Below are positions 1 through 8,109 of a stretch of DNA of 16,406 nucleotides, piece by piece. How positions within the stretch are numbered: position 1 is the stretch's first letter; each line of letters begins with the position of its first letter. The DNA is from Gemmatimonadota bacterium (lineage in GTDB: Bacteria > Gemmatimonadota > Gemmatimonadetes > Gemmatimonadales > GWC2-71-9), in assembly GCA_039586365.1 (NCBI GenBank), contig JBDHKN010000098.1:1-16406 (forward strand). Direction: 5' to 3'. A program made the translations under genes and the position numbers. Below the pieces are notes generated by a model, which was not told the DNA's origin, did no database searches, and was given only the letters and a program-made list of their open reading frames with translations.

Positions 1-1062
1 TTCTGGATGTGGGTGACAGCACTCATCGGCTTTGCCACGAAATTCTCGGAAATAGCGCTGGGCCTCAAGTACAGAGAAAAGAACGAGGAAGGCACTTACG
101 TCGGTGGCCCCATGTACTATCTCACCAAGGGATTGGGCCTGCCCTTCCTCGGCGCGGTCTACGCCTTCTTCCTCATGATCGAACTCATACCCAGCATATC
201 CACGCAGACTGTCAACCTGGTTCAGACAGCTTCAAGCGTAGGGGTACCCAATGTGGTAACCGGTTTGGTCGTGACCGCGCTGGTGGGGCTCGTGGTGGTC
301 GGGGGAATCACGCGAATCGCGCAGGTGACCAGCCGGTTGGTTCCGTTCATGGCTCTGCTGTACATCTGCACGGCGCTTGTGATAATTCTCCTCAATGTCG
401 GCAGACTCCCTGGCGTTTTGTTCATGATATTCGAGCACGCCTTCTCACCTACTGCAGCTTTGGGTGGTTTCGCCGGATCCAGTATCGCAGCCACGTTGAG
501 ATGGGGAGTGGCCAGAGGTTGTTATTCCAACGAAGCCGGCATGGGAACAGCCTCAATTGCTCACGCGGCCGCTGTGACAGACCATCCTGCCCGTCAGGCA
601 ATGTGGGGCGTGTTCGGGATCATGGTCGACACTATGATCATATGCACCACCACCGCCTTTGTGGTTCTGGTGACGGATGTGTGGACAGTTGTGCCGCTCG
701 GAGAAGCCGGATCTATGCCGGCGCTGGCATTCCAGCAGCTACTGGGAGAAGGTCTTGGTGGTGGAGTTGTCACACTCTGCTTGATGCTCTTTGTGATCTC
801 GACGATCATCGTCGTCATCTTCTTCGGTGAGAAGCAGGCCGAGTATCTCTTCGGGATTCGGTTCTCGAAAGTCATGAGGGGCGTGTACCTCTTGGCCATT
901 CTTGCAGGATCTATGATTGAGTTGGAGTTTCTGTATCAGTTCCTGGACATACTCCTGGCGAGTATAGTCGTGCCCAACATGATAGGTATGGTGCTCATGG
1001 CCGGACAGGTGAAAGAGATGAAGGACGAGTTCTTGAAGAGCGTACAATCCTCAGGAAGCTGA
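1..1062 (+). CDS. Alanine/glycine:cation symporter (AGCS) family amino-acid carrier, 5'-truncated by the window
   Basis: The frame is open from base 1 (FWMW...). It carries the AGCS-typical motifs FWMW..A.IGFATKFSE, YVGGPMYY, GVARGCYSNEAGMG, HPARQ and DTMIICT.TA, has many hydrophobic helices, and stops at TGA 1060-1062. Confidence 0.93.
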   Translation, partial: FWMWVTALIGFATKFSEIALGLKYREKNEEGTYVGGPMYYLTKGLGLPFLGAVYAFFLMIELIPSISTQTVNLVQTASSVGVPNVVTGLVVTALVGLVVVGGITRIAQVTSRLVPFMALLYICTALVIILLNVGRLPGVLFMIFEHAFSPTAALGGFAGSSIAATLRWGVARGCYSNEAGMGTASIAHAAAVTDHPARQAMWGVFGIMVDTMIICTTTAFVVLVTDVWTVVPLGEAGSMPALAFQQLLGEGLGGGVVTLCLMLFVISTIIVVIFFGEKQAEYLFGIRFSKVMRGVYLLAILAGSMIELEFLYQFLDILLASIVVPNMIGMVLMAGQVKEMKDEFLKSVQSSGS

Positions 1063-1151
1063 TTCTCTATCTGGCAAGCGGCGGAATGATCGGGAAGCGC
1101 TGATGGCGAGGCCCACCCTGGTTACGCGGCGTCCTGAAGCCGATGGCAGGC

Positions 1152-1754
1152 CTAATCCAGTATGGGAAACTCCTCCATATGGGGTCTGATGGCTTTGCCC
1201 AGCCAGGCGATTGTCTCGCCGAGGTTCTTCATGTTTGTCAAACCTTCGGCATCCTGACTGACTTCGCCCTTATTCCTACCGATGCCCAGGTTCCAATAGC
1301 TGGAGCCGGGCACGATCATCTGGGACATAAGGAACATGTGGTTGATAGAGTCGAACACATGGGTGGCGCCCGCACGCCGCACGGCCACCACAGCCGCACC
1401 AATCTTGCCGCGCAAGGCGCGGTCGTTGGCCAGCCCGACCATGCCGGAGCGGTCGATGAAGGCCTTCATTTCCGCCGAGACGTCAGTGAAATAGGTGGGC
1501 GATCCGTAGATCAGGGCATCGGCCCTGACGACCTTGGCCATGACATCGTTGAAGATGTCCTTCTTTTGGACGCACTTCAGATCCTTCTTCTCCCAACACT
1601 CATAGCACGCCTTGCACCCTTCGATTCTCTTGCCGCCCACCTGAACCAGTTCCGTCTCCCAGCCGGCTGCGGACAAGGGCGCCAGTGCTGCGTTGAGCAA
1701 TGTTTCCGTGTTCCCGCCTTTTCTCGGACTGCCATTGACTGCCAATGCGTACAC
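1152..1754 (-). CDS. Flavodoxin-fold iron-sulfur flavoprotein / NADPH-dependent FMN reductase family protein
   Basis: It has the N-terminal FMN-phosphate loop NGSPRKGGNT, the compact Cys motif CX2CX2CX7C (CKACYECWEKKDLKC), GSPTYF, KAFIDR and a C-terminal D.EG...M.NLG. The GTG start follows a G-rich RBS-like sequence. Confidence 0.92.
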   Translation of the reverse strand: MYALAVNGSPRKGGNTETLLNAALAPLSAAGWETELVQVGGKRIEGCKACYECWEKKDLKCVQKKDIFNDVMAKVVRADALIYGSPTYFTDVSAEMKAFIDRSGMVGLANDRALRGKIGAAVVAVRRAGATHVFDSINHMFLMSQMIVPGSSYWNLGIGRNKGEVSQDAEGLTNMKNLGETIAWLGKAIRPHMEEFPILD

Positions 1755-2426
1755 GTTACCCCCTGTTCCGCTTCAGGAAGTTCTGGACTTCTCCCCGTCG
1801 CTTGAGAGCTACAACTTCTCCCCGACGCGGGGGCTGAGCCGGTGGCGATTGAGTTCCTGCCGCCGCGAGCTTGCGCTGCCGCTCCGCCAACCGCGCGGCC
1901 TGATTGCCGGCAGAGGAAGCCGCGCGTTACTCCGGAGGCTGTGATAGCGCCGCGGTGCTGGTTCGGTGCCTTGGTTGACCGCTGACCCAACAAAGTTGCT
2001 AGAAATGCAGGTGCAACTCCAGGCTGACGCGATCTTGGTCCGTGGCAAGCTGCGGGATATCGTCCGGCATCGTGTAGAACCCAGCCCGGGTGCCCTCGTT
2101 GTACCGGAGGGGAGTCATCTAGAAAAGACAGGGGAGATCGGCAACGATCGCCGGCCTCCCCTGATGGCTTCCAGTTCACACGAGCAGTTCGGTCAGTGTG
2201 CCTTCAGTGTGCCCGACTGATCGTCATTCACTGTGACTGCGGTCCCCGAAAGCCATGCCGCGGGCACGACCGCCAGCGAGCTGAAGTGCAGGGGTGACAA
2301 GGAGCATGCTTGCGCTGAGGTGGTGGAACCAGCTAATGGTCCGCGCTGCCCACAACCCCACCGTGCCAATGCCGTACTGATCCTCAATGGAACCATGCAG
2401 CAACATCCTCACGCGTCACCACACTC

Positions 2427-2636
2427 CTACTCATACCTCAGCACTTTGAGCGGATCCAGCCTCGCAACTCTGCGTGCCGGGAAGTAGCTCGCCGCAATGC
2501 CCGAGCCGAGCAGGATGACAATTGCCGCACCGAATGAGACAGCATCGAACGGACTGACTCCGAAGAGCCATAGCTACATACCTCTGGCAACCAGCGATGC
2601 CGTGAGAATCCCGACCAGTATCCATATCCCGGTTAG
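2427..2636 (-). pseudogene. C-terminal remnant of an ADOP/FtsX-type ABC permease with an internal stop
   Basis: The minus strand translates as LTGIWILVGILTASLVARGM*LWLFGVSPFDAVSFGAAIVILLGSGIAASYFPARRVARLDPLKVLRYE*. This matches the C-termini of the two permeases in this window (PALRAARLDPLVAVRSE; ASYLPARRASRVDPLVALRME). The internal TAG is at 2574-2576 and there is no start codon or upstream coding region. Confidence 0.88.
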
Positions 2637-2645
2637 GCACCCAAA

Positions 2646-2673
2646 GCCGCCGCCACGATCGGGGAGCGGCGGC
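2646..2673. repeat. GC-rich stem-loop
   Basis: GCCGCCGC (2646-2653) pairs with GCGGCGGC (2666-2673). It lies directly beside the truncated permease remnant. Confidence 0.5.
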
Positions 2674-2748
2674 GGTCTTCGCCACTCTTGTCAACCATCG
2701 GCCCCCCGACCTTGTCTAACCACCTGAACCATATGCCGAGGAGCTAGC

Positions 2749-5259
2749 ATGTCGGGTCTGGGCCAGGACCTACGCTTCGTCCTGCGGGTGCTGCGTCGCA
2801 GCCCCGGCTTCACGCTGGTCGCGGTGCTCTCCCTCGCGATCGGCATCGGCGCGAACACGGCGATGTTCGGCGTCGTGCGCACGCTCCTGCTCACCCCGCT
2901 TCCGGTCGAGCGCCCGCAGGAGCTGAAGCTCCTCGCGTGGCGCCGAGAAGGCGACCTCCGCATCAACAACACCGGTGCGACCTCGTACCGCGACCCTGAC
3001 ACCGGCGCCTCCTTGCACAGCAACTTCAGCTATCCGATCTACCGGGCGCTGCGCGACGCCGCTCCATCGGACGTTCGGATCTTTGCCTTCGCCTTCCTCC
3101 GCGGCGTCAGCGTTGCCGTGGGAGACCAGCCTGCCTTCGCCGCTGGGGGCGCACTGGTCGACGGACTCTACTTCTCGGCCCTGAAGGCTCCGATGGCGCT
3201 CGGGCGCCCCATCGTCCTGGACGACGACGCGCCCGACGCACCACTGGTTGCCGTGCTCAGCCACGCCTTCTGGATGCGCGCCTTCGGCGGCGACCGTTCC
3301 GTCGTCGGCCGCACGGTTCGCGTGAACGGCGTCACAGCGGAAGTCATCGGCGTCAGCGCGGAAGGCTTCAAGGGCCTCTCTATGGGCGGGTTCTTCCCGC
3401 AGACGGAGATCACCCTTCCGGTGGCCGCGCAGCCGAGGGTCTACCGCCGGCTCTCGGGTAACGGATCCAGCTTCACGTCGGACGACCTATTCTGGCTGCG
3501 CGTGATGGCTCGCGTTCCTTCGGGGACCGCTGAGGTGATCGTTCAGCAGAGCCTCGCCGCGGCGATGGGCACGGTGCCGTCGCCCCTCGTCGGGGGCGAC
3601 GGCTACTTCCCCGAGCTGCGCCTGATCGACGGGTCCCAGGGCGCACAGCCCGTGCGCCCGCAGACGGCGCGGCTCCTGTATTTCCTGCTCGGCGTCGTCG
3701 GGATCGTTCTCCTAATCGCGTGCGCGAATCTGGCGAGCCTCATGCTTGCCCGCGGCGTGAGCCGGCAGCGGGAGATGGCGGTCCGGAGTGCACTCGGAGG
3801 TGGTCGCGCCCGGCTCATGCGCCAGACGCTCCTTGAGGCTGTCGTGCTCTCGGTGGCCGGCACCGCGACCGGCTTCGCCCTCGCGGCGCTCAGCCGGAAC
3901 GCCCTGAAGGCACTCCTGACCGGGAGCCTGGGCTCGGGCGCGTTCGGCGACCTGGACATCCAGGTGAGCCTGGACCCGCAGGTGTTCGCCATCGGCGTGA
4001 CGCTCGCTGCCGTGGCGACGATCGCGTCCGGGCTCCTTCCCGCGCTCCGCCTCTCCAGCATCGACCCGATCGGATGGCTCAGGCAACAGGCGGGCGGCGG
4101 CTCGACACCCCGCCTGAGGGCGGGACGCATGCTCGTCGCCGCGCAGATCGCCGTGTCCGTGCCCCTCGTGGTCGGCGCCATCCTGTTCCTGTCCACGCTG
4201 GCGAACCTGGGGAGCGTGCAGCTCGGCTTCCATCCGCAGGGGGTCGTGTCCTTCCAGGTGGATCCTGGTTACACACGTCTGCCGGAAGAGCGGCATCCCC
4301 GGCTCTACCAGGAGCTGCTCGCGCGCGTCCAGCAGGTCCCGGGCGTCCGCTCCGTGACGCTCGTCGAGAACGCGCCTATGAGCGGGATCGTCTCAAACTC
4401 CTCGATCGAGGTCGATGGCAAGCGCGTCATTCTGTACAGGAACGCCATCGGCCCCGCGTTCCTCGAGACGATGGGCGCCAGCCTTCTGGAGGGGCGCATG
4501 CCCGGACTGCAGGACGGTCCGGATGCACTGCCGATCGGAGTGGTGAACCAGGCCGCGGTCCGGGAGATCTTCGGCGGGACGTCCCCAGTCGGGCGTACAC
4601 TGCGCATGGGCGGGCTCGACGTCCAGATCGTGGGCGTCGTCAACGACATGCCGTACCGCAACCGGCGCGACCCCGTGCCCTCCACGCTCTACCAGTCGGC
4701 CTTCCAGCGGTCCGCCTGGGGCGGCTACCACGTCTTCCTGCGCACCGGCGCGCCGCTCGCCCGTCTGGAGGGCCCACTGCGCGCGGCGGTGGCGGAGATC
4801 GACCCGGACATCCCGGTGCCCCACATCCGGACTCAGACCGAGATCATCGCCCAGGCCAGCGCCAAGGAGCGGGTGTTCACGCAGCTCCTGACGATCTTCG
4901 GCGGCTTCGCCCTCCTTCTCGCGAGCATCGGGCTGCACGGGGTGACGTCCTACGCCGTGACGCGGCGTACCAGCGAGATTGGCGTGCGCGTCGCCGTGGG
5001 TGCGACGCCCGGCCAGATCCTATGGATGGTGCTGCGCCAGGTGGTCGTCCTCGCTGGGGCCGGACTCGTGGTCGGCGTTCCCGCCGCCATAGCGGGGGCG
5101 CCGTTGGTCGGGAGCCTCGTCTACGGCGTGGCGCCCACCAGCCCCGTCGCCATCACGGCCGCCGCGACCGTGATGCTGGCGGTAGCGGTCGGCGCGGGAC
5201 TACTGCCCGCGCTGCGCGCGGCTCGGCTGGACCCCCTCGTGGCGGTGCGGAGCGAGTGA
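2749..5259 (+). CDS. ABC transporter permease, ADOP-type (duplicated MacB periplasmic core + FtsX)
   Basis: The 836-aa ORF has the start motif [35 protein letters not shown] and LLIACANLASLMLARGVSRQREMAVRSALG. A second FtsX repeat (GLHGVTSYAVTRRTSEIGVRVAVGA) and the ending RAARLDPLVAVRSE follow. A GAGGAG RBS precedes the ATG. Confidence 0.95.
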   Translation: MSGLGQDLRFVLRVLRRSPGFTLVAVLSLAIGIGANTAMFGVVRTLLLTPLPVERPQELKLLAWRREGDLRINNTGATSYRDPDTGASLHSNFSYPIYRALRDAAPSDVRIFAFAFLRGVSVAVGDQPAFAAGGALVDGLYFSALKAPMALGRPIVLDDDAPDAPLVAVLSHAFWMRAFGGDRSVVGRTVRVNGVTAEVIGVSAEGFKGLSMGGFFPQTEITLPVAAQPRVYRRLSGNGSSFTSDDLFWLRVMARVPSGTAEVIVQQSLAAAMGTVPSPLVGGDGYFPELRLIDGSQGAQPVRPQTARLLYFLLGVVGIVLLIACANLASLMLARGVSRQREMAVRSALGGGRARLMRQTLLEAVVLSVAGTATGFALAALSRNALKALLTGSLGSGAFGDLDIQVSLDPQVFAIGVTLAAVATIASGLLPALRLSSIDPIGWLRQQAGGGSTPRLRAGRMLVAAQIAVSVPLVVGAILFLSTLANLGSVQLGFHPQGVVSFQVDPGYTRLPEERHPRLYQELLARVQQVPGVRSVTLVENAPMSGIVSNSSIEVDGKRVILYRNAIGPAFLETMGASLLEGRMPGLQDGPDALPIGVVNQAAVREIFGGTSPVGRTLRMGGLDVQIVGVVNDMPYRNRRDPVPSTLYQSAFQRSAWGGYHVFLRTGAPLARLEGPLRAAVAEIDPDIPVPHIRTQTEIIAQASAKERVFTQLLTIFGGFALLLASIGLHGVTSYAVTRRTSEIGVRVAVGATPGQILWMVLRQVVVLAGAGLVVGVPAAIAGAPLVGSLVYGVAPTSPVAITAAATVMLAVAVGAGLLPALRAARLDPLVAVRSE

Positions 5260-5290
5260 ATTGGAGGGGCGTCGGTGGATGCTCCATTCA

Positions 5291-5380
5291 GAACGGTGTG
5301 AATCGGTATGCGTCGGTATGTAGTGGTACGTCGGGGTAGTAGGACGTATGAGAGCGTTTGAAGCGTATGGATACGAATGA
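5291..5380 (+). repeat. Degenerate tandem repeats with about 10-bp period
   Basis: GAACGGTGTG/AATCGGTATG/CGTCGGTATG/TAGTGGTACG (5291-5330) are followed by CGTATG, CGTTTG, CGTATG and CGAATG at 9-10 bp spacing (5345-5379). Confidence 0.55.
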
Positions 5381-5453
5381 GTACGCCCGATGCAGCATGA
5401 TCATAATCCACTGAGCGGCGGTGAGACCCCGACTCCGTGGCGGCCGGAAGCTG

Positions 5454-5473
5454 TGTCAGTTTCTATGTCAGTT
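5454..5473 (+). repeat. Direct repeat TGTCAGTT x2, candidate integrase arm-type sites
   Basis: TGTCAGTT occurs at 5454-5461 and 5466-5473 (12-bp period), about 105 bp upstream of a tRNA 3' fragment. The arm-site role is inferred from position only. Confidence 0.5.
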
Positions 5474-5579
5474 GGGTAGTACAAAGTCTTGCATGGAGGG
5501 ACATGAAGTACAACAACGGACGACACGAACTCGCAATTTGACAACAAGTTGCAACGAAACGATGTAAGACTTGGCCCGC

Positions 5580-5730
5580 CTCTTAATCAGTAGGTTGACC
5601 TGCGGCGCTGCGCGCCTCGGTCCGCTCTCCCAACCCAATCACCCCACACCTCGCGTTCGGGGTTCACGAGCAACCGCAGGCGTGCGCGATCTCGGCTCAC
5701 CTCCGCATCCGAGTCCCTGGCGGGGTACTA
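5580..5730 (+). pseudogene. 3' half of tRNA-Lys(CTT), att-site-like fragment interrupted by two short insertions
   Basis: Joining 5580-5596, 5658-5665 and 5711-5727 gives CTCTTAA TCAGT AGGTT CGGGG TTCGAGT CCCTG GCGGGGT A. This reads as anticodon loop (CTT), 3' anticodon stem, 5-nt variable loop, T-stem CGGGG/CCCTG (one G-U), T-loop, 7-nt acceptor strand and discriminator A, then CTA rather than CCA. No 5' half lies upstream. Confidence 0.75.
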
Positions 5731-5752
5731 CAGCTAACTCCTTACTAGAGCT

Positions 5753-5786
5753 AACGCTGGCCTATCGGTCGGCGTTTTTGTTTCTT
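5753..5786 (+). terminator. Rho-independent terminator downstream of the tRNA fragment
   Basis: The stem AACGCTGGCC-TATC-GGTCGGCGTT (10 bp, two G-U pairs) is followed by TTTGTTTCTT. Confidence 0.7.
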
Positions 5787-5912
5787 CGCCCTGGGGTAAA
5801 AGGCAGCTTTTGTACGACTGCCCTCGGTCCCTTTCAGACAACCCCTTTGCGCTATACACTTGGCTCGACCAAGGCGGATTGGCGGGCGTGAGGCCCTAGA
5901 GTCGCCTGTAAG

Positions 5913-8042
5913 CTAGGATCTCGGCAGGGGTCCCACTTTGGAAGAGACTGCGGTCGTTTGTAGACGGGGATGTTTAGCTTGTTGCTCACGGCTCAGGGCC
6001 GGCTCGGCCTCCGTCCATGCCCCCCGGGATGGCGGCCAGCGAGGGCTGACCCAGACATTGTTTTCCCGTTGGATATCGGGGAGGGTCTGCTCCGGATCAA
6101 GCGCCACCCTGGTAACCTCCTGGGAGGACTCCAAGGCGTACACATAGTGGTTACCCCGATGCCAGACCTCCACCGGCAACCGAAGGGATCTGCTGGTGCC
6201 GTCGGCGAATGTGATGTGTACCGGAACCGGCATGGGAAGTCCACCGTAACTTGTCAGGTGAAGCCGGGTGCTGATCCCTCCAGCCGTGTCAGTGCTCGCT
6301 ACAACCGAATCCACCGCGAGATCCACGACATCGGTTCGGAAGAAGGCTCCCCGCCAGAACCAGGAGAGATCCTCGCCCAGCGCATCGTCCATAGTACGGA
6401 AGAAGTCTGCCGGCGTCGGGTGTTTGAAGGCCCACCGGCGGATGTACTCCCGGAAAGCGGTGTCAAACGCGACGGTGTCGGCCAGCACATGATCACGGAG
6501 AAGGTGCAAGGCTGCCTTCGGTTTGAAGTACAGTGACCACCCCGTCCGTGCCCGGTCAGGGGGGATCACCAAGGGTTCGTCACGGCCAGTGAGCGTCCCG
6601 GCCACCCATCCCTCCTCCAGCCCCCATTCGCTTCTCCCCCGGGTCCAGTAATCGACCGAGTCGCTCTTTGCCAACGACCCTTCGCCAGGATACGCAGCCC
6701 GCCAACCCTGAAGCTCAAGGAAATTGGCGAAGCCCTCGTCCATCCAGGCATGGGCGTATTCGTTCGAGCCCACGATCATGGGAAACCACTGGTGCGCCAT
6801 TTCGTGCAGTGTGATGGCGGTCAAGTCGCGAATGCCAGCACCCGTACCACAGAAGCAGAGCATGGGGTATTCCATCGAGCCCGTGGGACCATGCACGTTG
6901 ATTGCGGTGGGGTATGGATACCGGAGCCACTTCTCGGAGTAGTGCTGGATTACTGACCTGACGATTTCGGCCGAGTGTGCCCAGGTGGAATCCGGCGGCC
7001 GTCCCTGCCAGGTCCAGTCCGGAGGCGCAGTAGCCGGATAGAAGGATTGAGCGAGGATGCCGTGCCAGCCTACAGCGTCCCAGCGGAAGTGTGGCGCCGT
7101 GGCCCAGGCAAAATCACGAACTCTTTCGGCTCGGAAGTGCCACGTGAGCGTCGGACCGTCCCCAGCCGGACGGGACGAAGCTTGTCCCGCTTCGGCCTTC
7201 TGGATTATGGACATAGCCGTGTCCGAGACCAGCGCATCGGCCAGTCGGTTACGCTGCTCTGCTGTCAGGACTTCCGGCGCGTTCACCAAGATGCCGGGGG
7301 CCGCAACGATGAAACCGCGCGGCACGGTGATGTATACGTCGAAGTCACCGAACTCCAGGTAGAACTCACCGTTGCCCAGGTACTGGTCTGTGTTCCACCC
7401 TCGGACATCGTCGTAGACCGCCAGGCGTGGATACCATTGCGCTATCTCATAGACTCTGCCCTCGCCCAGCTGGGCGTGAGCAGTGCGGAAGGTGCCTTCC
7501 TCGGGCGCTCGGAAATGAAAGTCCACCTCTAGCGTGACCATATCTTGCGGACCCAGAGGCTGCTCGAGGTCCACCCGGAGTAGCGTGCCATTCACCCGTG
7601 TGCCGAGCGAGACCCGCCCTGAAGTGTCTCCCGGGGCCGCCTCGACCACAGACACGGATCCGACGGCTATGCCCGTTCCTTCGTACCACGTTCCGGCAAA
7701 ACCCATCCCGCCAGGGTTCCCTCTCGCGTTCAACGCCGCTCCTCGGCTATCGGGGCGGAACAGGTTCTGTTCAAGGTGGAACCAGAGGTAACGCAGAGTA
7801 TCCGGCGAGTGGTTTCTGTAGCGGACAGTAGCCAGACCAGAGATTTCGTGGGTTGTGGTGTCGAGGGAGACGTGGATGTCGTAGTCCACTCGTTGCTGCC
7901 AGTATCCCGGACCCGGCGCACCAGAAGCACCTCGCGTCAGACTTGGGGCGGGGAGTTCGAGGCGTCGAAATGGGGACGTGTCTGCTTCCTGAGGCGGCAG
8001 CGAAGGCGACTGCAGCAGCGTAGCGATCAGAAGCGTGATCAT
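5913..8042 (-). CDS. Secreted M1 family metallopeptidase (aminopeptidase)
   Basis: The zinc motif is HEMAH-X18-E (HEMAHQWFPMIVGSNEYAHAWMDEG), with a GAMEN-like GSMEYP. Other motifs are GAPGPGYWQQRVDY, AQWYPR, YLGNGEFY, W.F.AERVRDFAW and WAFKHPTPADFF. The N-terminus is short and hydrophobic. Confidence 0.93.
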   Translation of the reverse strand: MITLLIATLLQSPSLPPQEADTSPFRRLELPAPSLTRGASGAPGPGYWQQRVDYDIHVSLDTTTHEISGLATVRYRNHSPDTLRYLWFHLEQNLFRPDSRGAALNARGNPGGMGFAGTWYEGTGIAVGSVSVVEAAPGDTSGRVSLGTRVNGTLLRVDLEQPLGPQDMVTLEVDFHFRAPEEGTFRTAHAQLGEGRVYEIAQWYPRLAVYDDVRGWNTDQYLGNGEFYLEFGDFDVYITVPRGFIVAAPGILVNAPEVLTAEQRNRLADALVSDTAMSIIQKAEAGQASSRPAGDGPTLTWHFRAERVRDFAWATAPHFRWDAVGWHGILAQSFYPATAPPDWTWQGRPPDSTWAHSAEIVRSVIQHYSEKWLRYPYPTAINVHGPTGSMEYPMLCFCGTGAGIRDLTAITLHEMAHQWFPMIVGSNEYAHAWMDEGFANFLELQGWRAAYPGEGSLAKSDSVDYWTRGRSEWGLEEGWVAGTLTGRDEPLVIPPDRARTGWSLYFKPKAALHLLRDHVLADTVAFDTAFREYIRRWAFKHPTPADFFRTMDDALGEDLSWFWRGAFFRTDVVDLAVDSVVASTDTAGGISTRLHLTSYGGLPMPVPVHITFADGTSRSLRLPVEVWHRGNHYVYALESSQEVTRVALDPEQTLPDIQRENNVWVSPRWPPSRGAWTEAEPALSREQQAKHPRLQTTAVSSKVGPLPRS

Positions 8043-8080
8043 GGCTACACTTCGGCTTTGGGGGAAGGGGATCCTGGTTC

Positions 8081-8109
8081 AAACTTCGCCTTCAAGGAAC
8101 AACCGTCAA
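8081..8109 (-). promoter_or_regulatory. Possible sigma70 promoter for the M1 peptidase
   Basis: The minus strand reads TTGACG-17 nt-AAGTTT about 40 bp upstream of the ATG. The -10 match is weak. Confidence 0.3.

Noticed and set aside
1143..1805. 220-aa plus-strand ORF
   Set aside because: It is the antisense shadow of the flavoprotein gene.
4074..5339. 421-aa plus-strand ORF
   Set aside because: It is an Arg/Gly/Pro-rich alternative frame inside the clear permease gene, a typical high-GC shadow ORF.
5291..5560. CRISPR array
   Set aside because: The repeats are only 6-10 bp and degenerate, with no repeat-spacer structure and no cas genes.
5520..5730. Intact or intron-containing functional tRNA-Lys
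   Set aside because: There is no acceptor 5' strand, D-arm or 5' anticodon stem upstream (CCCGC precedes the loop instead of a complement of TCAGT). The inserts are far too short for group I or II introns.
5571..5891. 106-aa plus-strand ORF
   Set aside because: It has a TTG start without an RBS and runs across the tRNA fragment and terminator, which explain the sequence better.
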